DNA of 64,000 nt from Tetramitus jugosus. Its lineage: Eukaryota > Protista > Heterolobosea. Under the pieces are notes generated by a model that was not told the origin of the DNA, made no database searches, and was given only the letters and a program-made list of their open reading frames with translations. Positions 40,701 to 52,043 of the stretch are shown here, in pieces. The position numbers and the translations under genes are program-made. The DNA lies in assembly GCA_937625935.1 (NCBI GenBank), contig OW569376.1:401304-465303 (forward strand), read 5' to 3'. The stretch's first letter is position 1, and every line of letters starts with the position of its first letter.

Positions 40701-42226
40701 ATGTTATCGCTGACATAAAATTTTTTAAGATCGAGAACACGTCTGGATGATATGGCTACATTAGGACCCTTTGAATCCTGAATCGCTTTTACCACGGTGT
40801 GAAAAATGTTCATCCTTGATGTTCCGATGAGAACATGAAGTGGCTGGGCAGATGGTGCATTTTCGGATGAATAGCAGCGTGAATTCCATCCTATGGATGT
40901 AATTTGTTCGGTAATCGCATCAATCTTATGTGTGATGTATGTAGTGGTTGACTGTTTAGGGACAGTCGCTGATTCTGATGTAGACAGATAAAAATTATCT
41001 ACAGAGGCAGTTGAATTATTTGATACATTCTCATTTTCTATCATTTTGCTCGTCACAAACAAGCAAGACCCATTCGGATTGAAATAGCATCGATGTAGTG
41101 TCAAGTTCTTTGATAAATTACATTTGTACACTCTCATTCTCGCTGACTTCGAATCAGCATTAGGCTCTAAAATATACACTCGATCCACAATAGTTGTTTC
41201 ATCAGAATCTGACCCAATAATTAAACAAAATCTTTCATGACCATTCTCTAAGGTCTGTACTTGAAAGTCAATAACCTTACATGGTGCGTGATCACTCAAA
41301 AATCGAGACACTTCTCTCACGACAGTGACATCATCAAATTTTTGTTTCATTCTCTCCAATTCACTTTCAAACAGCGATTCAACAGAATTACGCAAATGTG
41401 ATCCTTTGTTTAAAGTCGAAGAGGAACTCGATGAATGGTCATTCAACAAATAATCTCTGGCTTGATCCATGTTATTCTTATCACCGCGGTATCCTGTTGT
41501 GAGCTTACTTGCTCGTGGTTGGTCATCGTTCATCTGACTAAAGTTATCCTCATCTTCGAATCCATGATTATAACGATCAACAGAAATATCATCATCTTCA
41601 TCCTCATCATTATCACTGTTGTCATCATAATGATTCATATCATTTGAAAACAATTTCCTCTTGCTGTTATTGCTATTGTTATTATTACTATTATTATTAT
41701 TATTAATATACTTTGAATCACTATCAATGCTTTCATCGATCCATGAAGAGGCCATCGCGTCATTGGAAAGCATACCCCATTCATCAACATCCAGCGAACC
41801 ATGATCCTCATAAAATGAACCAGTGTTGTTGTTGTGTGACAACGATGACGAAGAAAAGAGCAAAGAGTTTTTCAATTGAGCTTTGGCGCGCCATTTTTCT
41901 GCTTCTTCTTGCTCAAAGCTGTTCAATCGGGAAATAGATGATAATTGTCCGTCGTTATCGGTGCTGGACGTAGTGTCAGTCTTTTTGCTTTCAGTGCTGA
42001 CTGCTGAAGAGGAAGAGTTGGACTCCTTAAAAAACAAGGTTTTTCTTTGCTTTGGGCTTTGGTTGCCTTCTTTCTTTGCAAAAGTCAGCCTCGAGAAAAT
42101 TCCAGTTTTCCTCCTATTGTCAGGTTGTGTTGGGAGAGAAGACTCTTTGGTTGGTGATGATGCTTGATCACTAACACCAACAACAGAAGCAAGGTGTGAC
42201 TCCACAGGGGAATTGTTGTTGGACAT
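37796..42226 (-). CDS. VPS18: VPS18/Pep3-like HOPS/CORVET subunit (divergent)
   Basis: Beta-rich N-terminal half (ITSIGWN, VLIGTS, TELHI); helical repeat (YKYSPLLM, LQPDRLVPALLQY, IHNLL, FALRLC); split RING CSHC..FPCSHAFHRKC..ECPLDG. Confidence 0.82.
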   Translation of the reverse strand: MSNNNSPVESHLASVVGVSDQASSPTKESSLPTQPDNRRKTGIFSRLTFAKKEGNQSPKQRKTLFFKESNSSSSAVSTESKKTDTTSSTDNDGQLSSISRLNSFEQEEAEKWRAKAQLKNSLLFSSSSLSHNNNTGSFYEDHGSLDVDEWGMLSNDAMASSWIDESIDSDSKYINNNNNSNNNNSNNSKRKLFSNDMNHYDDNSDNDEDEDDDISVDRYNHGFEDEDNFSQMNDDQPRASKLTTGYRGDKNNMDQARDYLLNDHSSSSSSTLNKGSHLRNSVESLFESELERMKQKFDDVTVVREVSRFLSDHAPCKVIDFQVQTLENGHERFCLIIGSDSDETTIVDRVYILEPNADSKSARMRVYKCNLSKNLTLHRCYFNPNGSCLFVTSKMIENENVSNNSTASVDNFYLSTSESATVPKQSTTTYITHKIDAITEQITSIGWNSRCYSSENAPSAQPLHVLIGTSRMNIFHTVVKAIQDSKGPNVAISSRRVLDLKKFYVSDNMLSDRSKPLSIAGIECAYYTVGAARQNVIIVTTNIGVSIFNASGVTYSQMDQVLQSYQNPLNGELKRKPLSKYFTGDTDEFNSQLCVVRKSDILNEREDTLVSRDSDMPISFAWSTTLGVFHGKWYAEISDILEKATMIPYQDSDIELPLSITTTELHIFVMYHDHFHIYMQPAELPTCSNQPYNILSKIVYDSTEDYGFNCGSFIRLVSDTTDYGTSIYVVSNSEVTLLSIEEETLGFWNLFLQQAQYATDYADKLDLLDKALFLCDSIAHIDEIEAVKHKSTVYREIGQYFLTCPNHLQQAARYLAKTNVPFDQTVLDILQTDPDDVQSGLFTYLNCILKKIKSQPHQNTIDVIRQKVSIALWIAQLLVQKRLYCDIVLQQSSAPFSSNQQKSELMISKKQAIKDMEECANSLRKFLFKNKDTLLPCKEAVYSLLTNNLLSQDFLFFATLIGDYQVAIEQCITNGRLDLDMGNSETEHFQRALWILNEFCIDQEYEELWYKYSPLLMNYHSNELFKALNDHRFLQPDRLVPALLQYSKSNHKSRTNKRNDLSIKYLTKCIDNDMSNHSIIHNLLFYLLVQSGNSSKVDSFLRQEQEKEVTTLDKEFALRLCTEAGMQSSCTILYVMMGLYEQAIDIAIKQNQNQEAIHIVVNHIHDQSTRRKMMLKILAASISNDPIHLKQSLSMISSDDFVSTITLTDVLEVFPQDIHLHPYEENIREVLQTLKSSENKLKDNIKELAESTNTIRNDLNGVKMNRDIHDQKCSHCRCSVLSDSFMVFPCSHAFHRKCLIEIHATIIRQTKSNILTRAKTRAENRFRKQEEKKKRKRMKEEQTKYMQALASGEDVDVDELQEIIEEIEREPVRQPKLSELDITFTKEQMKQLSEINNELSEIDQYASIVEHIHEDAISKSFFAKLSAECPLDGHATIEDIRTPIVPTDEGVITQLKGSPWEIVHNKNITIVDYSDK

Positions 42227-42379
42227 TTGAATGTGTTGTTGGCTGAATTTTTTTTTGCTCGTGTGATATGGATTTACCCGACATCGGCCAAGTAAACTCG
42301 ATCAAAAAACAAACACACCATCAAGACAACATTGACAAGTGAGCTGAATCATCATCACTGCTGCTGACCGTCGTCATAC

Positions 42380-45300
42380 ATGTATTTTCCAGTGGGATTC
42401 AACCCAAAAACTCTATTGGAGGATTCTCTCCATCAACCCAATACGCCCAACATCAAAATACGATCATTGCCAAGAGCGTATGGTGTTGATATGGCTAGCA
42501 CTGATGCAATTTGTGCCACATCATTCAATCCAGTGCATTCATTACTCTGTGTTCTCACCCACCTTCACATCTCTCTTTGGTCCGTTCAACACGACGGTTT
42601 TCATTTGGAACTCCGACATTCACTCTATCGGTTGAACCAAACGAGTGGTGCTGGCAAAAATGTAAAACCTTCACCTCCGACACCAATGACACCATTGAAC
42701 ACTGTTGGTGTGGGAAAGGTCATTGTGTGGAAACCATTTGCTGATTATTCGTTGCTTGCAGTGCGCATCAATGACTCAAACTGTTGTATTTATAGAGTCA
42801 ATCATCAACGAATGAGTAACGAAATGAAGGATGATTATGGAATATCAAGAAAATACAGCGAACAAGAACAACAAGAGTATTACAATGACGGTGGAGAGTA
42901 CAATGATGACATGTTCCCCAAGAGCAACACATCCAATATGCTCTATTCGACGATTACGATCGAAAATGTAACAGAACAGTTCATCAATGTGAGCACGTAT
43001 GGTAATGTGACTTGCATGTGTGCTGATCAGAAGAACATATTGATAGGAACGAGCATTGGTTATATTTTAATTGTCATGTGGACTGGTGAGGTCCTTCAAG
43101 CGATTACACCGGATTTTATTCTACACAAAAATAGGAATAGATCTCAACAACAACAGCAGCAACAGCAACAACAAGGCCTTAAATTTTCTCCAAGAGAAGA
43201 AGTAATCGAAAACTCTGTTGTTTCTATTGAATTTAAAAAGCAAATGAACATGTATGGTGTGGTGTTCCGAGATGGTACGTTTGCATTTATGACTCAGCGC
43301 AAGAATACCACCAATCAGCCATCTTCTTTTTTGAGCTTTGACGTGGTTTATGTGGATCATGATCGAGGTGCAGTATCACTGGACCTGAACGCGAAACAGA
43401 GCATTGCTGCCATCGGATGCAAAGATGGACAAGTTATTTTATTCCAGATCAATAGTGTACACCACTCGGGTGATCAACCATCGAATTACGAAAATTCTAC
43501 TCAGAGTTTGCGGTACGACTTTTCTGTTCGAACTGTGATATCTTTTGAGAAAACAAGAGGATTCACTGAGAAGGATCTCGGAAGCGCTCAATGTGTCCAG
43601 TTTACTTCGGATGGACATGCATTATGCATTGGATACTCGCGTAGAGGATTAGCACTATTTCATCCATCAGGAACATGCATCATGTCTACTTTACCCATGT
43701 ATTCCGATGTGTATGAGAACAAGAGAAGATTGAGCTCAGATGGTAGTGTACCAACACCAGATCTCAGTGAACCATTCTCTATGGGAGTGAAGACAATTAC
43801 TTGGGATAGTGAGGGATATCATTTAGTAATTACTGCGAATATGCCAACCTTTCCAGCAATTGATATGCCCCATTTTTCATCACATTCCTTTTATACCTAC
43901 TCTTTCTATAAGAGCATTCTTTGTAAGAATAGTTCTCAGAATTTAAGTTATATTCCTGGTGTTATTTTACAAGGCGCAGACAGAGTCATGTTGTTTCATA
44001 TGAGCTCGGATACTGATTTTGTGCATGCGGACTGGGACCAATTGCAGCTTCCCTATGATTATTTAGCTGAGAACTATCCTCTAAGATTTGTTAGTATCAG
44101 CTCCAATGGTCAACAATTGGCTGTTGCAGGAAAATCCGGATGCGCGTTATACAATCGGATGTTACGTCGTTGGAGAATGTTTGGAAATCTACACCAAGAA
44201 CGCGCAACAAAATGTACAGGTATTGTATGGATAGATAATGTCGTGTTAGCTATAGTAAAGAAATCCAGTGGGTCAAAGTTAGGTACTGAGGTAGTATTGT
44301 ATCCACGATATCACCTCGATGAAAGTTCAGTGCTTGCATCGATGTTTGTTTCAAGAAGTAGAGTGGTGCATGTGTCTTCAACGACTGTATATATTACTGT
44401 TTTTAATGGGAAATCTGGACAAGTGAAACGCCAAGTTCCGCTGCTATTTCTGTACGATACGACGCATCATCTACATGTCTTGATTGCTCACTTAACATAC
44501 AAGGGAAAGGATTTAAAAGCTGAACTATCTCGCTTAATAACTGTTGATTTGTCGAGAAAACATACCTCCGTACCACTTTCAATGACTACGGTTCAATGCA
44601 ATCCACCACCCCTAGACACAAACGTCGATGAAACACGTCAAATTCTATCGAGTGCAAAGGTAATGTTTCTTCATACGGATAGAACCTTAACTGCGTTGGT
44701 GCTGCAAAATTTAACTTCACCTGACAAACGCAAGGAAATAGTATTGGACTCCAACGTAGATTGCTTCTGGATTGAATCAGAAAAGTCTTACGAAAATCGA
44801 TGTACATACTTTACATATCATGGCAGTGATAACCGAGGCATTAAGTTATCTGTACAAGATTTATCCGCCCTTGGTACTGAAGTGGAGGACGATAATTCGA
44901 AGATTGTGGTTCATAATTTGATACCATATGATCCTGATGCATGTCCACTTGGTATCTTTAAGGATGCTGGAATATTTTTACATGCCTCGGATGCTGCGAT
45001 GAAAACAATTAAGCCTTTTGCTCATGAACAACATCAACTACTACCTTCTCTACTTTCCTATCCATATTACGAGTTACAACCCAAGATGTATCCGTATGGT
45101 CATGGAATTTTGTTGAGTTTGCTGTTGGGTAATCAAGATCCCTATAGTCAATCACTTCAGAATAAGCTCGCCAAGTTTGCATCAAAATTATCCCTTGCAA
45201 AATCCAACAAACCTACTTTTGTGGCTACATTAGAATGGATGTTCCACTCTGTATTAAGTGTTGATGACACTGTTTCCACTGTGAAGGCTACAGACGATTC

Positions 45301-46444
45301 AACTCTTTATCCAAAGAAATTCTGTATTATGCACATGAACACGAATTCTAGAGATAATTCTGAGCAACCTCAGGGCACCCTAATTCCTCTGCAGCAAGGA
45401 TTAGCTCCAGTAGTCAAATTTTTACGAGCTTTACCCCATTTATTTTATGAAGTTGTGGTCAATTGTCTTCGAAAGACTGATATTGCGCTTTGGCAACGGT
45501 TGTTCGATATTATGCAAGAATCACCAAGAGACATGTTCCAAAATTGTATGGATCAAGGTTTCATATCAGAGGCTGTAAATATGTTACGTATACTTCAACA
45601 AACCGAAGATTTAGACTATGTGAAAGAGTGCTCCTATGCATTGCTTCGGCCAGCTCTCTCTTGCTCTTATTTTGATCGAGCCAGCGATCTGATACGATTT
45701 ATTCAAATGATTGAGACAGAACAGAAACTAATAAGAGAAGAAGAGCGAGAAAAGAACGAACCGGACAATTCAGAACAGGATGTGAAAGATGAGCAAGGCA
45801 ATGATGAATTATATGGTCCTGTTATCCATGGTTGGCTGTCTGATAATGCCAGATTGCAAGGTATTATTACTCGGCAGTGCAGAGATTTGCTCATTGACGC
45901 CAACTTGTTTGCCTTGCTTCGATTAATAGAGTCATTAGATTTGCCATTAGTTGAATGGTTAAAGAGCGAAAAAGACAAAGCTGGCACGCTAGAGGTGACT
46001 GATTCGGCGGACTGGGAGGATACCTTCTCAAGAATACATGAAGTGTTTGATCTACCAAGGTCTACATTTAAAATGGATTCATTGAGGCCTAAACAGCTAC
46101 AACTCCAAGACCAGTACAAGAGCGAATTCTTTTCATTTACTCAGTACCGAATATTCATGATTCCTGAGTTGGTGAGTCACCTTGAATTTTTGTTCCAATC
46201 ATTTGATGCCAGTGGCTGCACAGGGCACGCTCTTTTATTGGCCACACTTCTTTGTCGGGTAGAATCAATCGAACAAATACTGTCACAGGATGACACTAAC
46301 TTGTTGTGGAGGTGCTATTCTACGATGTTAAAGCAGGAAAACAACTGGCCTGGCTATTCAAAACTGCTTCATCATCTGAAGCTGAAGTATGATTCGAAAA
46401 AGATTCAAGAGACGGAAACTTCTGTTGACACAGCTGACTTGTAA
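42380..46444 (+). CDS. RIC1: RIC1, Rab6/Ypt6 GEF subunit
   Basis: MYFPVG start; WDSEGYHL; LQGADR; YLAENYPLR, LAVAGKSG, WRMFGN..QE; VVNCLRKTDIALWQRLF. Confidence 0.92.
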   Translation: MYFPVGFNPKTLLEDSLHQPNTPNIKIRSLPRAYGVDMASTDAICATSFNPVHSLLCVLTHLHISLWSVQHDGFHLELRHSLYRLNQTSGAGKNVKPSPPTPMTPLNTVGVGKVIVWKPFADYSLLAVRINDSNCCIYRVNHQRMSNEMKDDYGISRKYSEQEQQEYYNDGGEYNDDMFPKSNTSNMLYSTITIENVTEQFINVSTYGNVTCMCADQKNILIGTSIGYILIVMWTGEVLQAITPDFILHKNRNRSQQQQQQQQQQGLKFSPREEVIENSVVSIEFKKQMNMYGVVFRDGTFAFMTQRKNTTNQPSSFLSFDVVYVDHDRGAVSLDLNAKQSIAAIGCKDGQVILFQINSVHHSGDQPSNYENSTQSLRYDFSVRTVISFEKTRGFTEKDLGSAQCVQFTSDGHALCIGYSRRGLALFHPSGTCIMSTLPMYSDVYENKRRLSSDGSVPTPDLSEPFSMGVKTITWDSEGYHLVITANMPTFPAIDMPHFSSHSFYTYSFYKSILCKNSSQNLSYIPGVILQGADRVMLFHMSSDTDFVHADWDQLQLPYDYLAENYPLRFVSISSNGQQLAVAGKSGCALYNRMLRRWRMFGNLHQERATKCTGIVWIDNVVLAIVKKSSGSKLGTEVVLYPRYHLDESSVLASMFVSRSRVVHVSSTTVYITVFNGKSGQVKRQVPLLFLYDTTHHLHVLIAHLTYKGKDLKAELSRLITVDLSRKHTSVPLSMTTVQCNPPPLDTNVDETRQILSSAKVMFLHTDRTLTALVLQNLTSPDKRKEIVLDSNVDCFWIESEKSYENRCTYFTYHGSDNRGIKLSVQDLSALGTEVEDDNSKIVVHNLIPYDPDACPLGIFKDAGIFLHASDAAMKTIKPFAHEQHQLLPSLLSYPYYELQPKMYPYGHGILLSLLLGNQDPYSQSLQNKLAKFASKLSLAKSNKPTFVATLEWMFHSVLSVDDTVSTVKATDDSTLYPKKFCIMHMNTNSRDNSEQPQGTLIPLQQGLAPVVKFLRALPHLFYEVVVNCLRKTDIALWQRLFDIMQESPRDMFQNCMDQGFISEAVNMLRILQQTEDLDYVKECSYALLRPALSCSYFDRASDLIRFIQMIETEQKLIREEEREKNEPDNSEQDVKDEQGNDELYGPVIHGWLSDNARLQGIITRQCRDLLIDANLFALLRLIESLDLPLVEWLKSEKDKAGTLEVTDSADWEDTFSRIHEVFDLPRSTFKMDSLRPKQLQLQDQYKSEFFSFTQYRIFMIPELVSHLEFLFQSFDASGCTGHALLLATLLCRVESIEQILSQDDTNLLWRCYSTMLKQENNWPGYSKLLHHLKLKYDSKKIQETETSVDTADL

Positions 46445-47140
46445 TCACACTGATCTGTGTCTCATACGTGCATTAAATTGTTTCTTGTCAACACTTCTCA
46501 GTTCTCTAGAGACAACTCGGTCTCACATGTCATCCTACGGATGGGCCTTGAAATTTTTGCAACCCAAGTTTGCCGAAGGAGTGTTTTGAAGCTTGCTGGT
46601 TTGAGGGACTTCAAATACAATCTTCTGCATGTTCACCATCCATTTCTGTAGCAACTGTTTATCTTTTTTGGGCGCCAAGTACGATAACCCCGATGGAACA
46701 AAATGAGAGAATTTTGGACCATTTGCCAAGAAGTAATTCTGAAATAAGAGATACATCTAGATATCGACCGTTGAGAGAGCTTAATTCAGAGCACCAACTA
46801 CCGGAAAGAAGGGATCAGATTACTCTCGATTGTCCGCCTTGGGAATCGAGACTAATTCTGAGCTCTGGGTATCTGTAGTCGGGGTATTGACAGACCATAA
46901 AAAAAGATGTCTTGACGTTTGAGTGTTATCGCACGAATCTCTTATGGCTCAAGGATTCGTGAATAGGTTGCCTGGAAGTTCAATTGCTGTTACTGAAAAA
47001 AAATTAGTCCAAACAGCAAAATCCAACACTCGCAACAACAACCAACACACATTTGTAAGATAATATCGATTGGTACAAACCGTATCATCATTTTCCCTCA
47101 GAACCTAACAAACAAGCAAACAAACAATAACACAACAAAA

Positions 47141-49513
47141 ATGACAAGACTGAGAGGCATTTCCATAAAATTAAAGTCACTAATGGCCAGTAAGAAGGAA
47201 AAGGACAACAATAGACTTTCCAGGAGTACTGGATTCATCAATGTGAGTGAGCCATACGGGTGTGACACTTCGAGTTCAAGTGGTACTGGTGTCACAACAA
47301 CAGAGGACACTGACTCTGAGAGAACCGAAAACAAAAGATTGTCCATCAAGAACAACAAGCGTCACAGTGTCGCATTAGCAAGCACATCGTCATCAAGAAA
47401 TAGTACAAGACAGTCCATGAATTTTGAAATGTTGGATCCTGTGCTCATTCTGAGAAAGAAACAAAACTCATCGTCTTCTTGCCTGACCAAGGGAATGTCA
47501 CCAAGTCGCCAAACAGCACCCGCACAAACAATGGACGCAGAAACTCAATTATTGGTCGATGCCATCCATAATCACATTTATTCTCACAAGGTTATGCTTT
47601 CGATTTTGGAGTTTGTGCCATTGGATCTACAGAGATTCTACTTGAATGCATCAGTGTCAAACAAGTTGACAGACAACAAGACTGTGACCTCTATTATGAT
47701 ACGTCACTTGTTTGGTTACTTCCGATCAGATGCCACAAGAAGTATCCATTTCATTTTCAGAAGCTTACAAATTCATTGTCTAGGCATGCAGCACTCATTC
47801 AACCAAATTCTGTTGTCTCACGGTATTTCACCAGTGAGAAATGCTGTTAGTCTTGAATTGAATAATTTGATGAATTTTAGCCATGGTGGCAATATGAAAG
47901 TGAACTTGAAGATGGACAAGTTGCAACACCTAAAGTTGGTCAATAATGATGAAGGTATCTTCGGTTCTTCCTCTTCCAATGTACATTCCAGTCCAAGAGA
48001 GGTTACACGTAAGTGGATCAAGAGTAATTTGAAAGAGTGCAAGCAAACTTTAACATCTATCCAATGTGACAAATTCTCATTGGACACATTGGAGATGATG
48101 TTGGATGATTTCCCTGCACTGACATCCATTCGAGCAAATCTTCAATTTGGATCATCGATGAATGCCGGTGATTCAATGGGTCAGAGTTTAGCAATCGAAG
48201 ATTTGGGCTTGGAGTCCTCAATGGTCACGCTGATCGAATCTCCCAGAGTGCATGCACAAGAAGAGACATTAGGTGTACGGTTGATGAAGAGTCAGTTATC
48301 CAACTTGGATTTGACGTGCGACAAGTTAACAAACTCGTTTGTTCAAACCATTCTGGAGAACCATAAGTTGAGAAGCTTAAAGTTTGCTGTCCCATTCAAG
48401 TACAAGAGACCATCCAACAAGAAGGAAAGAACAGATGAATCACTGGAATTGAATGGAGATTTCTCTGTTGATGATAATTTTATGGTCAATGCAACAGGAT
48501 TGGCATCATTGCCTCAATTACATTCTCTTACCACATTGCACTTTGAGAATGTTGCAGACTTTGGCCGAGAGGAAATTGAGTTGATTGCCGAAGTCAAATC
48601 ACTCAAAAACTTGAGCATAATTAACTGTGGCCTAACAGATGAAACATTGAACATCATCTTAACAAAGTTGGGACCTACTCTTGAGATGCTCAACATCTCT
48701 AACAACACACTCTTATCCACTGAAGCACTGAAGGCCATGCCAAAAACAAAGATATCAAGCATGGCTATGCTCAACGTTGTGGTGAACAAGGATACATTGT
48801 ACTACTTGTCTTGTACAAAACTGCGTAATTTAACATTGTCTGGTACATTTATTGGTGACAGTGAATTGGCTACTCTATTTGATTTCAGCTTAGCGAAGAA
48901 TTTGCAACACTTGTCCATTGAAGGACCAAATCAAGTCACGAACACTGGCTTGCGTATAATTAAGGGTGATACACCTGTTCTTGAGACATTGTCAATGTGT
49001 TTAGGTGATGCTATATCGCATAGAGGCCTTCAATTCCTCTCAGAACATGCTCACATCAAGCACATTTCACTCAGAAGAAACTATTCAACGAAGCCTATCA
49101 CTGGCATTGAAGCATTGTTGTTGATGGGACATTTGGAGAAGTTGGAGTTGCACAATATTGGTATTACGGGACAGGAACTGAAGTTCTTGCAAGCACAGAG
49201 CTTTGGAAACTTTTCATTGAAACATTTGATCATACCATCGTGTGAAATTGACACGGAACAGACAGAGATTATTATGAATCATTATCGATCACTCAGAAGT
49301 TTGGAGGTCAGATTGCCTTCCAACACAACAATTGAGGAATGGAGTATGAAGAATGGTATTGCAATAAGCCAGCATAACACCAATGAAACATTTGTTGAGT
49401 TGAGTGTATTTGGTGTTGCCCAATCCAAACAAACGGCTTGGCAAAGAGTTCTCTTCTACACGATACCAACCTTGCAAAGAGTCAGGCTGGCAATTACTCA
49501 CCTCGATGAATAA
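47141..49513 (+). CDS. Leucine-rich repeat protein (RNI-like) with Ser-rich N-terminus
   Basis: Repeated LxxLxL units (LKNLSIINCGLTDE, LEMLNISNN, LRNLTLSGTFIGD, LEKLELHNIGIT). Confidence 0.85.
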   Translation: MTRLRGISIKLKSLMASKKEKDNNRLSRSTGFINVSEPYGCDTSSSSGTGVTTTEDTDSERTENKRLSIKNNKRHSVALASTSSSRNSTRQSMNFEMLDPVLILRKKQNSSSSCLTKGMSPSRQTAPAQTMDAETQLLVDAIHNHIYSHKVMLSILEFVPLDLQRFYLNASVSNKLTDNKTVTSIMIRHLFGYFRSDATRSIHFIFRSLQIHCLGMQHSFNQILLSHGISPVRNAVSLELNNLMNFSHGGNMKVNLKMDKLQHLKLVNNDEGIFGSSSSNVHSSPREVTRKWIKSNLKECKQTLTSIQCDKFSLDTLEMMLDDFPALTSIRANLQFGSSMNAGDSMGQSLAIEDLGLESSMVTLIESPRVHAQEETLGVRLMKSQLSNLDLTCDKLTNSFVQTILENHKLRSLKFAVPFKYKRPSNKKERTDESLELNGDFSVDDNFMVNATGLASLPQLHSLTTLHFENVADFGREEIELIAEVKSLKNLSIINCGLTDETLNIILTKLGPTLEMLNISNNTLLSTEALKAMPKTKISSMAMLNVVVNKDTLYYLSCTKLRNLTLSGTFIGDSELATLFDFSLAKNLQHLSIEGPNQVTNTGLRIIKGDTPVLETLSMCLGDAISHRGLQFLSEHAHIKHISLRRNYSTKPITGIEALLLMGHLEKLELHNIGITGQELKFLQAQSFGNFSLKHLIIPSCEIDTEQTEIIMNHYRSLRSLEVRLPSNTTIEEWSMKNGIAISQHNTNETFVELSVFGVAQSKQTAWQRVLFYTIPTLQRVRLAITHLDE

Positions 49514-49630
49514 AATTTACACGCTTTGCCCTTACGACTGGTTCCCAAATGTTCCACGTGAAATAAAAATCAAGTGGGATTTCCCTGGCACAACGTGTTA
49601 TTTTCCCAATCAAAAACAAAAACAGAAATC

Positions 49631-50973
49631 ATGAGAAACGAACTGGTATTTCTTCTTCTTGTTGCTCTTGCATCCATTTTAGTGTACTGTTCTTGTACTG
49701 CAGCACAAGTTGTGATCAATGAGGTGTGTTCATTCTTTCTAGCGATATTATTCTTGCTGTTCCCCCCATCTTGAACCTTTCTTACTCATTTTCGTCATCT
49801 TGCTGCAAATAACGCAGAGCGGTCAACAAATCGTGTCTTCAACCAACATTGGCTACAATCCATTGACTTTTACTCAAGTCAACGACGAAACGGTACCGTT
49901 CTCTATGATCTTATTTTTTTTGCTATTCAGAAACGCAATGAGCTAATATCCTTTTATTACTGACACCACAAATCGGCCAACCACAGGAATTTTCAGAAAT
50001 GGTCGATTTGTTGCAAGAAAAATTTGGCGCCAAATGTCTGTGGTGTACGGATGAATTTTTCGCCGAGTGCTCCAACTTGGTGAAGCCAGGCAGAGGTATT
50101 ACCAACGATGTGTACACTGAGAATGGCAAGTGGATGGATGGTTGGGAGTCCAAGAGGAAGAGAGATGCTGGTCATGATTATGCCATCTTGAAGCTCGGTC
50201 TCGCAGGTATCATTAAGGGTGTTGATATTGATACGAATAATTTTATTGGAAATTATCCATATTATGCATCATTGGATGCTGCCAATGTCGAAGAGGGAAA
50301 GGACACTGATGTTCAATCTATCGAGTGGACAAACATTCTGCCAAAGGTTCCACTCAAAGCTACCAGTCAGCATTTGCTCAAGATTGACCCGAGATTCTAT
50401 GCTACAAGGTTTACTCATGTGAAGTTGCACATTTATCCTGATGGTGGTGTTGCTCGTTTGAGAATTTATGGTGATGTGAGCCATGATATTGCAAAGGTGA
50501 GAGGAAGTATTATTGATGTTGCTGCAGTTCAAAATGGAGGTGTTGCAATTGCTTGCAGTGATCAACACTTTGGTGCTAAGAGTGATTTACTCGCTCCTGG
50601 TAGAGGTATCAATATGGGTGACGGATGGCAGACCCAAAGAAGAAGAGGTGCTGGAAATGATTGGGTTATTATCAAGTTGGGTGCCACTTGCTCTGAGATT
50701 GTTAAGATTGAAGTGGATACTGCTCATTTCAAGGGCAACTATCCTGACACTTGTTCTGTTGAAGGAAACTATTTGGAAGATTCTCATGGTGCTGATATTG
50801 CTCTTGGATGGCAACAAGTTCTACCAAAGACCAAACTTCAAGCGCACACTCAACATTTCTTCTCTGAGCAGCAATTAAGTGACTATGCCAGAAACACAAG
50901 TATCAATTACGTCAGATTGAACATTTTCCCTGACGGTGGTATCAGTCGATTCAGAGTTTGGTGCAAGGTTTAG
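49631..50973 (+). CDS. ALLC: Allantoicase, probably with a signal peptide encoded on two upstream exons
   Basis: Two allantoicase repeats (DEFFA, WMDGWESKRKR, DTNNFIGNYP, PDGGVARLR; MGDGW, DTAHFKGNYP, PDGGISRFR). Exons 49631-49723, 49818-49892 and 49987-50973 join in frame. Confidence 0.9.
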
Positions 50974-51040
50974 AGAACACTAAACCGCTCATTTAGTAAA
51001 CAATTCGGATTTCGTTAGTTAGGGGATGGCTTTCTGTTCG

Positions 51041-51900
51041 TTATCCTTTGTCAAACGGTCCAAAACATGTCAGCCAACCTCTGTTAAAGTAGGCACTTTC
51101 ATGAGCAGGATTGATTTTAATAGTCTTGGTGAAGTCGGATATTGCTTTCTTGTATTCTTTCAAATCAAGGTATGCACAACCTCTGTTAAAAAAGACATCT
51201 TCATCAGTGGTATCCATTTCTATTGCTTTGGTGAAGTCAGTAATTGCTTTCTTGTTTTCTCTGAGCTCATTGTATGCATGACCTCTGCACAAATAAATTA
51301 AGCCTCTGTTGTTGTAGACCCATGCAATTTGTCTGTCCACTTGGAGAATTTGTGAATAGCTATTCAATGATTCAATATAGCTTTTCATGTGAAGCAAAGC
51401 TTGTGCTTCAGTATCCAAAAGTAGCACCAATATGTTCTTATCTGACACGATTCCATACGATTTAAGAGCTTTTTGTGATAATTGGCGCAGAAGCTCTTTC
51501 AAAATAGGCAAATCATTCGTTTGATCTTGAAGCGTTCTTCTGAAGATACCATAATGCAGCAGATAAGTAATGTCAGAATGTTTCTCTGGAAGCAAATTCA
51601 AGGCTGATTGGAATTCTTTTATAATTTCCAGTTGTTCCATTTGGTTGAAACTGTGCCATAATCTCCAACTCGCTTCACAGAAAATTTGATAAATCCAGAT
51701 GGTTCTTTGGTTTCTTAACAACTTTTACGGTAGAGCTCCAAGCCTCACTTCTATTGATAATGCTTTGGTCATCCCAACCGGAAAATGGAGCAAGTGTCTT
51801 TCTTGGTAACTTTGAAAAATGGATCGTCAGTGGAATTGGGAGACAATTCAGCGGTTTCAATTGAGAGATGAGACCAACTTTTCTACAAAAACACCAACTT
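51041..51900 (-). pseudogene. TPR-repeat gene remnant
   Basis: VYNNRG, KAITDFTKAIEMD, FFNRGCAYLDLKEYKKAISDF, AYFNRG; no ATG start, stops upstream in frame, abrupt end. Confidence 0.65.
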
Positions 51901-52043
51901 TAGTATCAAACCCTAATAATTCGAATTGTCGGAGCTGAAGCCTCATCGACACTAATCATCAAAGATTTGACCTGTGTATCTTGTCTGTTCACCATGTTTC
52001 TTACTAGGTTTATTTGGTCTTGATTGTAGTCTAACCCCCGTCT

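Noticed and set aside
46460-46880. Short ORFs downstream of RIC1
   Set aside because: No motif support; could be a remnant but cannot be called.
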